In this document: piece by piece, positions 27,007-35,999 of the stretch | Layout: every line of letters starts with the position of its first letter | Position numbering within the stretch: position 1 is the first letter of the stretch | Virus record (IMG/VR): IMGVR_UViG_3300035338_000018 | Span: 1 to 40,557 of that record | Reading direction: 5' to 3' (one strand) | Length of the DNA: 40,557 nt | Origin: a virus | Lineage: Duplodnaviria; Caudoviricetes | The notes under the pieces: model-generated | The model's database searches: none | What the model was told of the DNA's origin: nothing | What the model saw: only the letters and a program-made list of their open reading frames with translations | Translations under genes and position numbers: made by a program

Positions 27007-29288
27007 TCCAGGAAATCCTGACCTTCCTTCAGGCGAAGTCCAACAACCATTCTGCCATTTCTGGTTCTGCGCCTGCTGAATCCAGCCTTTTCAAGACAAC
27101 CATAAAAATCTGTGGTGCTGCGGACATATTCACCGTTCTGCATACAGCTTGCACGATACTGCTGGTACAGCTCGCTGGACTTTTCTTCGTAAGAAGGATC
27201 AATGTCGCAATGGTCTTCAATGAACTGACCTAACCAGTCATTGTCATCGCGATAGGCATTGATGGCATCCGCAACCACCTTAGGCTCAGTGAACTTGAAC
27301 CCCTTATTGATGGCAATCTCGGCACCTTCAATGATCCATGCCATAATAGCCGGGCCCGCATTCTCATAAAGGTAATCTGAGTAGTTTTTGATGTCTGAAT
27401 TGCCAGTAATCTTCGCATTGAATGGAATTACAATCAGGCGGCGCCAGGTTCCATCGTCATTGGCAGATACCTTAGGCAGATGGTTCGTGTACAGTACCAG
27501 CGTATGTGACGGGTCGAAGTGGAACGGGTCCTTATACTTCTTCTCCGCCTCGATGGGGTCAACGGAGCAGAGCTGCTTTACCATGCCGGTGTTCAGGCGG
27601 GTGCCTTCCTCAAGCTCCGATGCAATGATGAGACGCTTTCCCTTAAGCTCAGCCATCTCAGGCTTCACATTGCGCTTGCAATTCATTGTCAGAGCCTCTG
27701 CTGATATCTTACCGCTGTAATTACCAAGCACTCTGGCGATGGTATTCCAGAAGGTAGACTTACCATTGGCACCGCCACCATAGGCGATAATCATGTGCTC
27801 CGCGTAAACCTTACCGATTGCAGCCATACCGACAATTTCCTGAACATAAGAAATCAGTTCCTTGTCCTTACAGAAGAATAGCTGCAATGAATCTTCCCAG
27901 AGCTCTTTGCCCTTATCGCCAGGAGCACAAGCGGTAACCTTTGTAATAAGGTCATCCGGGTCATGGGGATGCCCACCAGAAAGGCCCTTCGTCAAATCGT
28001 AGGTTGCTTCCGGTGTGTTTAAAAGCTCTGGATCGTAATCCAACTCACTAACATCAATGGCCAGCATAGGCTTTGCAGCATTCTGGGTATTGATGATATT
28101 TTTGTAGTTGCGATATTTCATGACGAACTTCTTATATGTATCTGCACCAAGCAGCCCATAGAGCATTCCCATCTTGTCCACGGGTACCAGCTTCGGCAGA
28201 TCCTTTGTGCGACCTCTTACATCAACGGCGCTTACCCCGATGGAGATCAGTGCCTCCTCTGCAATGTGGATCGCCTCTTCTGCGTCTTTGAGCTGGTTAT
28301 CCATGAAATCCTCAATGGTTCCCAGGGACTTCTGCTTATCCTCATGCCAGCGATCGCCATGAAATGTGATGTAATCAGTAGCACTTGTATATCTGAGCTT
28401 GTTTATGCATTCTCTGGATAGTACCTTCGCTTCACCGATGTCTGAGTAATCCTCCGGTTTTAAGAAGCTGCTGCCAAACTCGTCGTTATACTCTCCCGGA
28501 GCAACGTACCCATCCTGAGAAGCAACCTTCTCATAAAACTTAATGGCACTGTTCCAGATGGTTTCCAGCTCATACTCCGAAAGAGGCGGTTCACATTTGG
28601 TGGCTCTTTCTTTGAAGGCTTCCTTGGCCTTATCGCAGATACCCAGCTTCTTTAAGACTCTCCCTGCAAAGTGGCTCATGGTATTATTGCGGCTTCCTTC
28701 TAAAATGGGACCGATGTGCGTCGGAGCATCAAACTCGTCGTCCGGTCTCCTTTCTACGAGAGAACCATCTTCTAGATCATCGTCGATATCCATCCAGCCT
28801 TCATGCCATACAACCGCATCCACATCGCAGCCATACAGGAAACGGGCTGCATCCAGCGCATTATCATCAAAGAACGGATACTTTCTGTGAAGCTGTTCTT
28901 TCATGCCTGCATATTCGTCAGAGTTGTTGCAGTCAGCAATCGGAAACATAACATGGAATCTAGGTGCTTCAGGGAGTGAGCCCTTAGGCAACATATGATT
29001 GCGGCTCGGTACCAGCGCGTAGTTGATATCTGGAAACAAATCATCCATCTTTTCTTCTGTAATAAACTCGTCTGGGTCATCGGTATGGTCGTTGTCGATA
29101 TCCATAACCAGTACATCTGATGTAAGGAAATTATCCTTACTTCTATAGTTATCCTTATAGGTAGCGCAAACATGGTCATAAGCCACTGCTGCCTTTAACT
29201 CCTCCGGATTACTGATAGGCACCTTATTGGGATAGATGCAGTTAACAGCGTTCCCCGTGCAATTGGCTGTAAAAATGGTAAATTGCAT
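27003..29288 (-). CDS. Primase/SF3 helicase, P4 family
   Basis: MDIDNDH primase motif, EGSRNN PriCT, GGGANGKST Walker A, WRR. Confidence 0.92.
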   Translation of the reverse strand: MQFTIFTANCTGNAVNCIYPNKVPISNPEELKAAVAYDHVCATYKDNYRSKDNFLTSDVLVMDIDNDHTDDPDEFITEEKMDDLFPDINYALVPSRNHMLPKGSLPEAPRFHVMFPIADCNNSDEYAGMKEQLHRKYPFFDDNALDAARFLYGCDVDAVVWHEGWMDIDDDLEDGSLVERRPDDEFDAPTHIGPILEGSRNNTMSHFAGRVLKKLGICDKAKEAFKERATKCEPPLSEYELETIWNSAIKFYEKVASQDGYVAPGEYNDEFGSSFLKPEDYSDIGEAKVLSRECINKLRYTSATDYITFHGDRWHEDKQKSLGTIEDFMDNQLKDAEEAIHIAEEALISIGVSAVDVRGRTKDLPKLVPVDKMGMLYGLLGADTYKKFVMKYRNYKNIINTQNAAKPMLAIDVSELDYDPELLNTPEATYDLTKGLSGGHPHDPDDLITKVTACAPGDKGKELWEDSLQLFFCKDKELISYVQEIVGMAAIGKVYAEHMIIAYGGGANGKSTFWNTIARVLGNYSGKISAEALTMNCKRNVKPEMAELKGKRLIIASELEEGTRLNTGMVKQLCSVDPIEAEKKYKDPFHFDPSHTLVLYTNHLPKVSANDDGTWRRLIVIPFNAKITGNSDIKNYSDYLYENAGPAIMAWIIEGAEIAINKGFKFTEPKVVADAINAYRDDNDWLGQFIEDHCDIDPSYEEKSSELYQQYRASCMQNGEYVRSTTDFYGCLEKAGFSRRRTRNGRMVVGLRLKEGQDFLE

Positions 29289-29708
29289 TTATGTTTCCTC
29301 CTTCAAGTCTTCTGTAAAGTAGCGAATTGTCATTTTCTTACGCCTGGCCTTGTCAATCTCCGCTTTCATGCCATTTGAGATCACATTTCCAAAAACCCAA
29401 ACTTCACAGCACTTACCCATAAGTACCATATTCATAAACAAGGCGAGACCTCTTTCTTTTGGATTTTCATCATCCATAAACTGCGGAAACAGTAAATGTG
29501 GCGCTAGTGGTATGCAGTTTCTCGTAACAACAAATTTGCAGAACTCACGAGCCTTTTTGATATTATTTTCCATATCCCCAGAGAACGGGGAACAGATATA
29601 TACCAACGGCTTAAATGCGGCCTTCTTTTCTTCTTTTTCCACCCTGGTCAAAGCCTCATATGTAGTCGGGTCATAATAACCCACACTGTTGAATTTATTT
29701 ATACTCAT
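29289..29708 (-). CDS. DUF4406-like nucleoside deoxyribosyltransferase-fold protein
   Basis: VYICSPFSGD, PLAPHLLFPQF, SNGMKAEI. Confidence 0.75.
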   Translation of the reverse strand: MSINKFNSVGYYDPTTYEALTRVEKEEKKAAFKPLVYICSPFSGDMENNIKKAREFCKFVVTRNCIPLAPHLLFPQFMDDENPKERGLALFMNMVLMGKCCEVWVFGNVISNGMKAEIDKARRKKMTIRYFTEDLKEET

Positions 29709-29717
29709 GCTATCACC

Positions 29718-31667
29718 TCAATCTTTCTTATAAAATTCGCATTCATACCCTTCAGCACGAAGTAATAATCCTTTTGCCCAAGGTGGGGTTCGTCCCATCT
29801 GTTCACATACAGCATCAAGGGACAACTTTCTATCCGCCTCAATAATAATTTCATCGTGAACATGGGCCACAATACTGCAGCATCTAAGTGTTTGCAGGGC
29901 ATAACACAAAATATCTCTAGCGCTAGCCTGGACAATATTTTCCACAAACTTGGGTCCGTAGCTTTCAAGCCTCTCCCATTTCTTCGTACCACCAACACCC
30001 TCATATGTAACAGACTCCCCACCGAAAATGTTTTCTCCAATGCGTGGTTTTACATAGGATAGCTGTCTGCCACTTGGCAGTTTTATAAACAACATTCCGC
30101 TTTTGCAGGAAATTTGAAGTCCATAGGTGTTTACAGTGGTTCGTTCCTTTATAGCTGTTTTCACTGCACGGTCAATATCCCACCAAAACTTTGTAATCAT
30201 GGGATTAGAATTTCTCCATGCATTAACAAGACCTTGTAATTCATCTTCTGCAAGTCCCATCCCCAAAGCACCCATTGATTTCAAGGCGCCCACCGAACCG
30301 CCATATCCAAGGGCAAGTTCAGCAATTTTACCCTTTTGACGTAGATGGCTGTTTATCCCATGTTTTTCTACGGGCACCTTAAACATCTGTGATGCAGAGG
30401 CACAGTAGATATCTCCACCTTTTTCAAAGACATCTAACCGCCACCGCTCTCCTGCATACCAGGCAATCACACGAGCCTCGATAGCAGAAAAGTCAGCTAC
30501 GATATATCTACAACCCCTTCTTGGTACAAAAGCTGTACGGATTAACTCCGATAACACCTCAGGCACAGAATCAAACAAAAGTTCCAATGCCTCATAATTA
30601 CCCGTGCGAACCAAACCACGAGCCTCTTTCAAATCCGGCATATGATTTTGAGGAAGGTTTTGCAATTGTATGAGCCTTCCACTAAATCTGCCTGTCCTAT
30701 TAGCTCCATAAAATTGAAACATTCCTCTGGCTCTGCCATCTTCACAAACGGCATTTTCCATAGCGTTGTATTTCTTCACAGATGATTTTGCAAGTTGCTG
30801 ACGAAGGCTCAATACCTCTGCCAGTTCTTTTGAAGCAGTTTTTAAAAGTTCAGCCACTGCCTTTTTATCCAAGGTATCTGTTTCCATCCCGTGTGCTGCC
30901 AACCATTCACGCATCTGTAACACTGAATTTGGATTCTCCAATTTCGTAACCTCCCGAAGACGGGTCATAGTACTTTCACGGGATATTTCATCCATCTGGA
31001 TAGCTTGTTTTGCAAATACCCTATCAAGACAAACCCCACGGTCATTGATTTCTTGGTCTAAGTGGTATTCATCCCACACCATGTCCGGCACAGGAAATTT
31101 CATGAGTTTTTGCTGTATCTGTATTTCCACCTCAACATCTCGAAGGTTATATGCTTTGAAACGCTCCCACTTACCAATATCATGGGCAGGAAGATTTCTA
31201 ATGCGACCACCGTTGTTTTTTGTAGGTTTGCATGGTGTACAGAAATACCTTATTAGGTCTTTGCCCTCAGATAGTTTCTGTTTATCTAGCCCAAGCACCG
31301 CACCCGTGCCCGCCAAAGACAGGGGCAACCCCATATATGCCGACCACACCATAGAACATTTCCATGATTTTGGCTCAAGGTACTCTCCAACCTCACAGCC
31401 AAGGAAATGTGATAAACAGATGCGTTCAAACTGTGCGTTAAATGCCCACTTAGTTACAGTTTCATCATTAAGTGCTGCAATAATCTCTTTTGGAATTTCT
31501 TCTCCACTTGCTATATCGATAACGGTAACTTCACTACCATCCACAGAAAAGCCAAACAACAGTATTTCAAAATCGGGGGAGGATGCATATTTATATACAC
31601 CACACTTAGCCAAATTAACACTGCTATAGGTCTCAATATCAATCCCGAGAATCTTCATGCTCCTCAC
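29718..31667 (-). CDS. Phage DNA polymerase, family A
   Basis: DIET exonuclease, AFNAQFER, RTGR, ADFSAIEAR, RQKGKIAELALGYG, HVHDE. Confidence 0.95.
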   Translation of the reverse strand: MRSMKILGIDIETYSSVNLAKCGVYKYASSPDFEILLFGFSVDGSEVTVIDIASGEEIPKEIIAALNDETVTKWAFNAQFERICLSHFLGCEVGEYLEPKSWKCSMVWSAYMGLPLSLAGTGAVLGLDKQKLSEGKDLIRYFCTPCKPTKNNGGRIRNLPAHDIGKWERFKAYNLRDVEVEIQIQQKLMKFPVPDMVWDEYHLDQEINDRGVCLDRVFAKQAIQMDEISRESTMTRLREVTKLENPNSVLQMREWLAAHGMETDTLDKKAVAELLKTASKELAEVLSLRQQLAKSSVKKYNAMENAVCEDGRARGMFQFYGANRTGRFSGRLIQLQNLPQNHMPDLKEARGLVRTGNYEALELLFDSVPEVLSELIRTAFVPRRGCRYIVADFSAIEARVIAWYAGERWRLDVFEKGGDIYCASASQMFKVPVEKHGINSHLRQKGKIAELALGYGGSVGALKSMGALGMGLAEDELQGLVNAWRNSNPMITKFWWDIDRAVKTAIKERTTVNTYGLQISCKSGMLFIKLPSGRQLSYVKPRIGENIFGGESVTYEGVGGTKKWERLESYGPKFVENIVQASARDILCYALQTLRCCSIVAHVHDEIIIEADRKLSLDAVCEQMGRTPPWAKGLLLRAEGYECEFYKKD

Positions 31668-31683
31668 ATCCTTTCATCACCTT

Positions 31684-31717
31684 AATGGTGGCAGAGGCTT
31701 GTACCTCCGCCACCATT
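31684..31717. other. GC-rich intergenic hairpin
   Basis: AATGGTGGCAGAGG-CTTGTA-CCTCCGCCACCATT; no U tract. Confidence 0.6.
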
Positions 31718-31730
31718 GGTTAATATTTAA

Positions 31731-32297
31731 TTATGACAAGAAGTCATTGTCTTCTTCTGTTGCAAAGTCATCTTCCGCACGAGATTTACCGCCAAGAGGC
31801 TCTCCATCACGAATCTTCTGAAGATTGTTAAGACCACAGGCGATACCTTTATTACCGTTGGAGTTGAATGCATAAAAGTTAATACTTGCTCGTCCATAAA
31901 CACCACTGTAAACTTCGCTACGGTCAATAATAACCTGGCGGTCAGCATCTACGATGCCTGGTGCAGTAGCACTATTGGCATTGATGAAATATGAATCAGC
32001 GTATGCCTCGTCATCGGGTCTTTCAATATCTCCATCACGGAAAGGAGTCTTAAGAATAGAAAGCGCTGGTACGGTTCTGCCATTCCCCTTAAGCTTGCTT
32101 TCCCCCTCTTTGTATGCAGCCTCAATGGCAGCCTGGATTTTAGCAACGGTCTTTGTATCAGACTTTGGGATAATAAGGGAAACCGAATACTTAGGTGTAC
32201 CTCCATTGATGGATTTTGCTTCCCACACATTTGCGTATGACCAACGAGTATTAGGTCCTGTAATAACTTTCATTGGGTTAGTAACTTTATTTGACAT
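31731..32297 (-). CDS. DUF2815 ssDNA-binding protein
   Basis: RWSYANVW, KYSVSLIIPKSD, EVYSGVY, acidic tail. Confidence 0.88.
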   Translation of the reverse strand: MSNKVTNPMKVITGPNTRWSYANVWEAKSINGGTPKYSVSLIIPKSDTKTVAKIQAAIEAAYKEGESKLKGNGRTVPALSILKTPFRDGDIERPDDEAYADSYFINANSATAPGIVDADRQVIIDRSEVYSGVYGRASINFYAFNSNGNKGIACGLNNLQKIRDGEPLGGKSRAEDDFATEEDNDFLS

Positions 32298-32311
32298 AGA
32301 ATTTGTCCTCC

Positions 32312-33433
32312 TTAATCTTCTTTAAAATCATCTTTTGCCGTATTAATTCCCGGACGTTTATCGCTTTCCGGAACAAGGGTTGGTTTGCCTTGTGGCTTTT
32401 CAATAAAGGTACTCAGGATTTCATCAAATTTCTTCTTCCCGAGAACTGCTGTCATAGCAGTGATGCCAAGTAGCTTTTCTTCATATGGATTAAAGCCTGC
32501 CTCTGTTACAACCTTTGCAACAGCAGTTTCATTGGTGTACTTACGATTGGAGCGACCCTCTACGAGCTTCCAACCGTTCCACTCCTTGCCACTGATAGCG
32601 GATTGTAGCGCATATTCTTTAATATCAGACGCCCAGGCTACCAACCCGTCCACCCTAGCAAGAATTACTTCAATTTCATCATCTTCCAATGTGGCGGGCA
32701 TCGCAAAATCATAACGAGCAAGTTCAAGGTTGTACTCGGCTCTCTTTCTACAAGTAGCCCTTGCCTTACAGAAGTGACAATGGTCTCCAGCATTGAATTC
32801 ACCCTCTCCCGCAAATGCCAACTTTGCAGTAGGCGCAAGTACCGTTTCTGCCCATTGGTAAATTTCTTCTTTGGTAACTGTGTAAGTACTGATGTTTTCT
32901 CTGCGTGGCTGATAAATTGTCATGCTGACCTGTTCAATATCGTAGATTCCATCAAAGAGTTCCAACGCCCCCAAGGCATAGCACATCATCTGTGGATTTT
33001 TCTCAGCCGCCACTAAGATGCCTTTTCCGTGCTTATAGTCGATTACGGATAAAGTGCCGTCGGCAATAATCACACAGTCCCCTGTACCGAATCCTTCCTC
33101 CACGAACCTTGAGAAATCCAATCGCTGTTCAATAAGAACACCCGGGTCTGCACAAGTCTGCTTTGCCTTTTCTACTTGCTCCAAAACATAAGATGCATAC
33201 CCTTCGGCACAGCTTTCCATTTCCTCATCAAAATATGTAAGGTTTTTTCTTGGATCCACAGCCTTGATTCCAAGAGCCGATTGTAGCTTGTACTCACAAA
33301 GGCTATGGGCATCTGTACCTTGCTGCGCATATTCGCTACCCTTATCCTCGTAACCCTCACAAAGTCTTGCTGAAGGTGGGCATGCTAGCCATCGATGGCT
33401 AGCAGAGGCTGACAATAATGCATGTTTGCCCAT
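32312..33433 (-). CDS. DUF2800 Cas4-like PD-(D/E)xK nuclease
   Basis: HALLSAS..HRW..CP, FGTGD, IDYKHG.G, CHFC. Confidence 0.88.
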   Translation of the reverse strand: MGKHALLSASASHRWLACPPSARLCEGYEDKGSEYAQQGTDAHSLCEYKLQSALGIKAVDPRKNLTYFDEEMESCAEGYASYVLEQVEKAKQTCADPGVLIEQRLDFSRFVEEGFGTGDCVIIADGTLSVIDYKHGKGILVAAEKNPQMMCYALGALELFDGIYDIEQVSMTIYQPRRENISTYTVTKEEIYQWAETVLAPTAKLAFAGEGEFNAGDHCHFCKARATCRKRAEYNLELARYDFAMPATLEDDEIEVILARVDGLVAWASDIKEYALQSAISGKEWNGWKLVEGRSNRKYTNETAVAKVVTEAGFNPYEEKLLGITAMTAVLGKKKFDEILSTFIEKPQGKPTLVPESDKRPGINTAKDDFKED

Positions 33434-33795
33434 TACAGCACCTCCGCATCCGCAAGCAGCGCCTCATAATTTTTAGGATCGATTTCAGACAGCTTATCTG
33501 CCCCGTGCTTAATAAGGAGTTCCTTAACTGCTGCCGTATGACCTTTACGGGATTTTTCAGCAAGAACCGCTCTCACATCTTCAAGGTTTGCAACAGGCTT
33601 ATCATCCTTCTGTTGAGAAGTTTCTTCTCCAGAACGACTTGTTTCCTTTGCTTGCGCTTTTACAACTTTCTGCGGCTCCCTCTCCAAAGCTTCCATAGCA
33701 GGTGAATCTTTTGTCTGTTCTACGATTGCTATCAACGTCAGCGATAATCTGTTTAAGTCCCGGGCCAAGTCGTTTATCAATGCTAATGGTGTCAT
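33433..33795 (-). CDS. Conserved phage protein preceding DUF2800
   Basis: LEDVRAVLAEKSR.G.T..VKELL.KHGA.KLS.IDP..Y motif; GGAGGG RBS. Confidence 0.8.
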   Translation of the reverse strand: MTPLALINDLARDLNRLSLTLIAIVEQTKDSPAMEALEREPQKVVKAQAKETSRSGEETSQQKDDKPVANLEDVRAVLAEKSRKGHTAAVKELLIKHGADKLSEIDPKNYEALLADAEVL

Positions 33796-34117
33796 GATTT
33801 ATCCCCTCCAAATTCGAATCATAAAATCTGATATCTATTCCAAGTTCCATAGCTCTTTTGATTTCCAGCTGCATGCCTTCTGTAACCTCATTACATACAA
33901 CCCACATCTCTGAGCAATTTTTCATAAGCTCCAAGCCCATTTGAATTCCAAGCAGGCGTTCAGCTTCTTTGCTATCATCCAAAAACTGCGGGAATATTAA
34001 ATGAGGAGCCACCGGCACTTTGCCACATCTTGAAATGATGTATGCTGTCCGCTTTGCCAGCTCTATGTTTTTCTCTACATCGCCTCTATATGGCGAGCAC
34101 AAAAATGTCATTTTCAT
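33602..34117 (-). CDS. Second DUF4406-like protein
   Basis: FLCSPYRGD, PVAPHLIFPQF, TEGMQLEI. Confidence 0.75.
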   Translation of the reverse strand: MKMTFLCSPYRGDVEKNIELAKRTAYIISRCGKVPVAPHLIFPQFLDDSKEAERLLGIQMGLELMKNCSEMWVVCNEVTEGMQLEIKRAMELGIDIRFYDSNLEGINHDTISIDKRLGPGLKQIIADVDSNRRTDKRFTCYGSFGEGAAESCKSASKGNKSFWRRNFSTEG

Positions 34118-34264
34118 TAAAATACCTTTCCTTTCTACCGCTTTTGTGTTACCATAGCGGTAAGTGATGAGCGTCTTACCAATTCTCTTCTTGCCGGTTG
34201 AGTGGTTTGGCGTTCTTTGCTTTAAGTTTCCGTTTCACACCCCAGAATTTTTGTTTTGGTAATT

Positions 34265-34501
34265 TCATGACTTTGTTTTTAAACATTTGGTAAGCTTTCG
34301 GTCAAAAAAAATAGCGTCGAATTCCGAAAATGATAAGTTTAGCTCTCTTATGATGGTTAACATCTCATCTGCTTTGAACTTATTTTCTGGACTACACTCC
34401 TTATGGCACATCGCCTTTTCACTGATTTTCAAGGCTTTTGCCAGATCTCTTTGCAGAACATCTCGCTCCACTCGTTTGGCTTTCAATAATCTTACGTTCA
34501 T
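34265..34501 (-). CDS. Cro-like XRE HTH regulator
   Basis: LKAKRV...QRDLAKAL.IS...KE; divergent from repressor. Confidence 0.85.
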   Translation of the reverse strand: MNVRLLKAKRVERDVLQRDLAKALKISEKAMCHKECSPENKFKADEMLTIIRELNLSFSEFDAIFFDRKLTKCLKTKS

Positions 34502-34537
34502 ATCGTTCTCACTTCCTCTCTTTTTGGTGATGGACTA

Positions 34538-34566
34538 ATTATATTAAACATTCGGTAAGCAGTCAA
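34538..34566 (-). promoter_or_regulatory. Lytic (cro) promoter
   Basis: TTGACT-17-TATAAT; spacer is the operator. Confidence 0.85.
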
Positions 34567-34649
34567 TCCCTAAATTTCCATTCATTTTCGCAAAACATGA
34601 ACAAACCCTTATTTTATCAGGATTTTTCTATTAAAAAATATTTTTCACC

Positions 34650-34678
34650 TTGACACAAACGGTAAATTCAATTATACT
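34650..34678 (+). promoter_or_regulatory. Lysogenic (repressor) promoter
   Basis: TTGACA-17-TATACT. Confidence 0.85.
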
Positions 34679-34923
34679 TATGGTAAATAATTCAGATAAT
34701 CCTACAATGAATATTAAACCAAAACAATACTACAATATGAATGCAAAGAATTTGCTTGATTGCGGTAGTGCAGGTCGAGAAAGAGCCGGTCATAAAAGCA
34801 AGCCAGTTGGTGCCGAAAAAACAACAAAAAGTAAGCCATACACTGCAAAAATGCAAAAGACGCAGAGCCAAAAGTGCCATGCTAAAGCATATGCAAATCT
34901 AAATTAGAAAGAGGTATATTATT

Positions 34924-35256
34924 ATGAAGAATACTTTAGGAGGAAGGATTTCTGAATTATTACAAAAAAATGGATTGACTCAACGAGAGCTTGCTGAACA
35001 GGTTGGCGTAACCGAGGTCTCTATGTCCAGATATATTAGCGGTGACCGAACTCCAAAAGGCCCTGTCATTGCCAATATAGCGACTGCACTGCACACTACT
35101 TCCGATTACCTATTAGGAACAGAAGCAACCGGCGATTTTGAAAGTGAATACTACAAAATTCATCGGTTAATTGCACGCAACGCACCAAACATGTCGACTG
35201 CACAGAAACGCGAACTTGTTAATGCCCTTTTTGAGTCCGACGATCAGGAAGGATGA
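34924..35256 (+). CDS. XRE-family repressor (ImmR-like)
   Basis: GLTQRELAEQVGVTEVSMSRYISGDRTP, DYLLG; GAGGT RBS. Confidence 0.9.
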   Translation: MKNTLGGRISELLQKNGLTQRELAEQVGVTEVSMSRYISGDRTPKGPVIANIATALHTTSDYLLGTEATGDFESEYYKIHRLIARNAPNMSTAQKRELVNALFESDDQEG

Positions 35257-35263
35257 TTATTTT

Positions 35264-35839
35264 TTGTATTTACCGGACACTACTCGGTATGATGAGATTA
35301 AACGTGAAGTTCTTTATATGTATGAAGAATGCGAGGTCTATACATACCCCATTAACTGCTTTGAGATTGCAAAAAAGCTTTGCTATATACTAATGCCTTA
35401 TTCCCAACTAACGGACCATCAACTCAGACTTGCAATGGAATATAGCCCTGATGGTTTTTCCTTACTTAGAAAAATGCCAGACACAGGTATGTTTCGTTGG
35501 TATATTTTTTACAATGATAATAGCTGCTACGAAAGGCAACGCTGGACTATCCTTCACGAAATAGGCCATATATACCTTGGTCATCTTGAACCAAATTGTC
35601 AATTGGCCTCTACAGAAAAAGAAGCAGAAGCCAACTTCTTTGCCAAGTACAGTATTGCCCCACCACCACTAATAAATTACACAAATTGCAGCTGTCCAAA
35701 GGACGTAGCCAACCGCTTTCATGTGTCCAATCAGGCTTCCATTTATCTGTTTGATTACTATCAGAAATGGTTGCAATTCGGTCCAAAAAAATATGAGCAA
35801 TTTGAATTTGCAATGATAGTTAGGTTCCTACCTGCATAA
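35264..35839 (+). CDS. ImmA/IrrE-family metallopeptidase (anti-repressor)
   Basis: RQRWTILHEIGH (HExxH), EKEAEANFFA; probable TTG start after AGGAAGGA. Confidence 0.88.
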   Translation: MYLPDTTRYDEIKREVLYMYEECEVYTYPINCFEIAKKLCYILMPYSQLTDHQLRLAMEYSPDGFSLLRKMPDTGMFRWYIFYNDNSCYERQRWTILHEIGHIYLGHLEPNCQLASTEKEAEANFFAKYSIAPPPLINYTNCSCPKDVANRFHVSNQASIYLFDYYQKWLQFGPKKYEQFEFAMIVRFLPA

Positions 35840-35878
35840 AAAACAAAAAACCCGACAAACATTTTTAGTTTGTCGGGG
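35838..35878 (-). terminator. Terminator between convergent immA and hsdR
   Basis: CCCGACAAAC-TAAAAAT-GTTTGTCGGG then T-rich tail on minus strand. Confidence 0.8.
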
Positions 35879-35999
35879 ATAAATCATTCTATTCCGCTAC
35901 CGAATATATAACTTTTAATGTAATCAATTTCTAATATTACCATCAAATGACACATAATATTTCAAACTCAAATCAACAAATTCGTACCATTAATGCCTC

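Larger units (their letters stand above)
1..35880 (-). mobile_element. Temperate siphovirus-like prophage (integration, lysis, tail, head, packaging, replication, immunity); may extend rightwards to include the restriction cargo
   Basis: Complete, ordered set of phage modules with no obviously broken essential gene; att sites not identified. Confidence 0.93.

Noticed and set aside
29705-30040. 111-aa alternative-frame ORF in the polymerase 3' end
   Set aside because: The polymerase frame is intact through HVHDE; no sign of frameshift or intein.
32312-33433. Cas4-like gene as evidence of CRISPR-Cas
   Set aside because: Standard DUF2800 phage replication nuclease; no cas1/2 or array.
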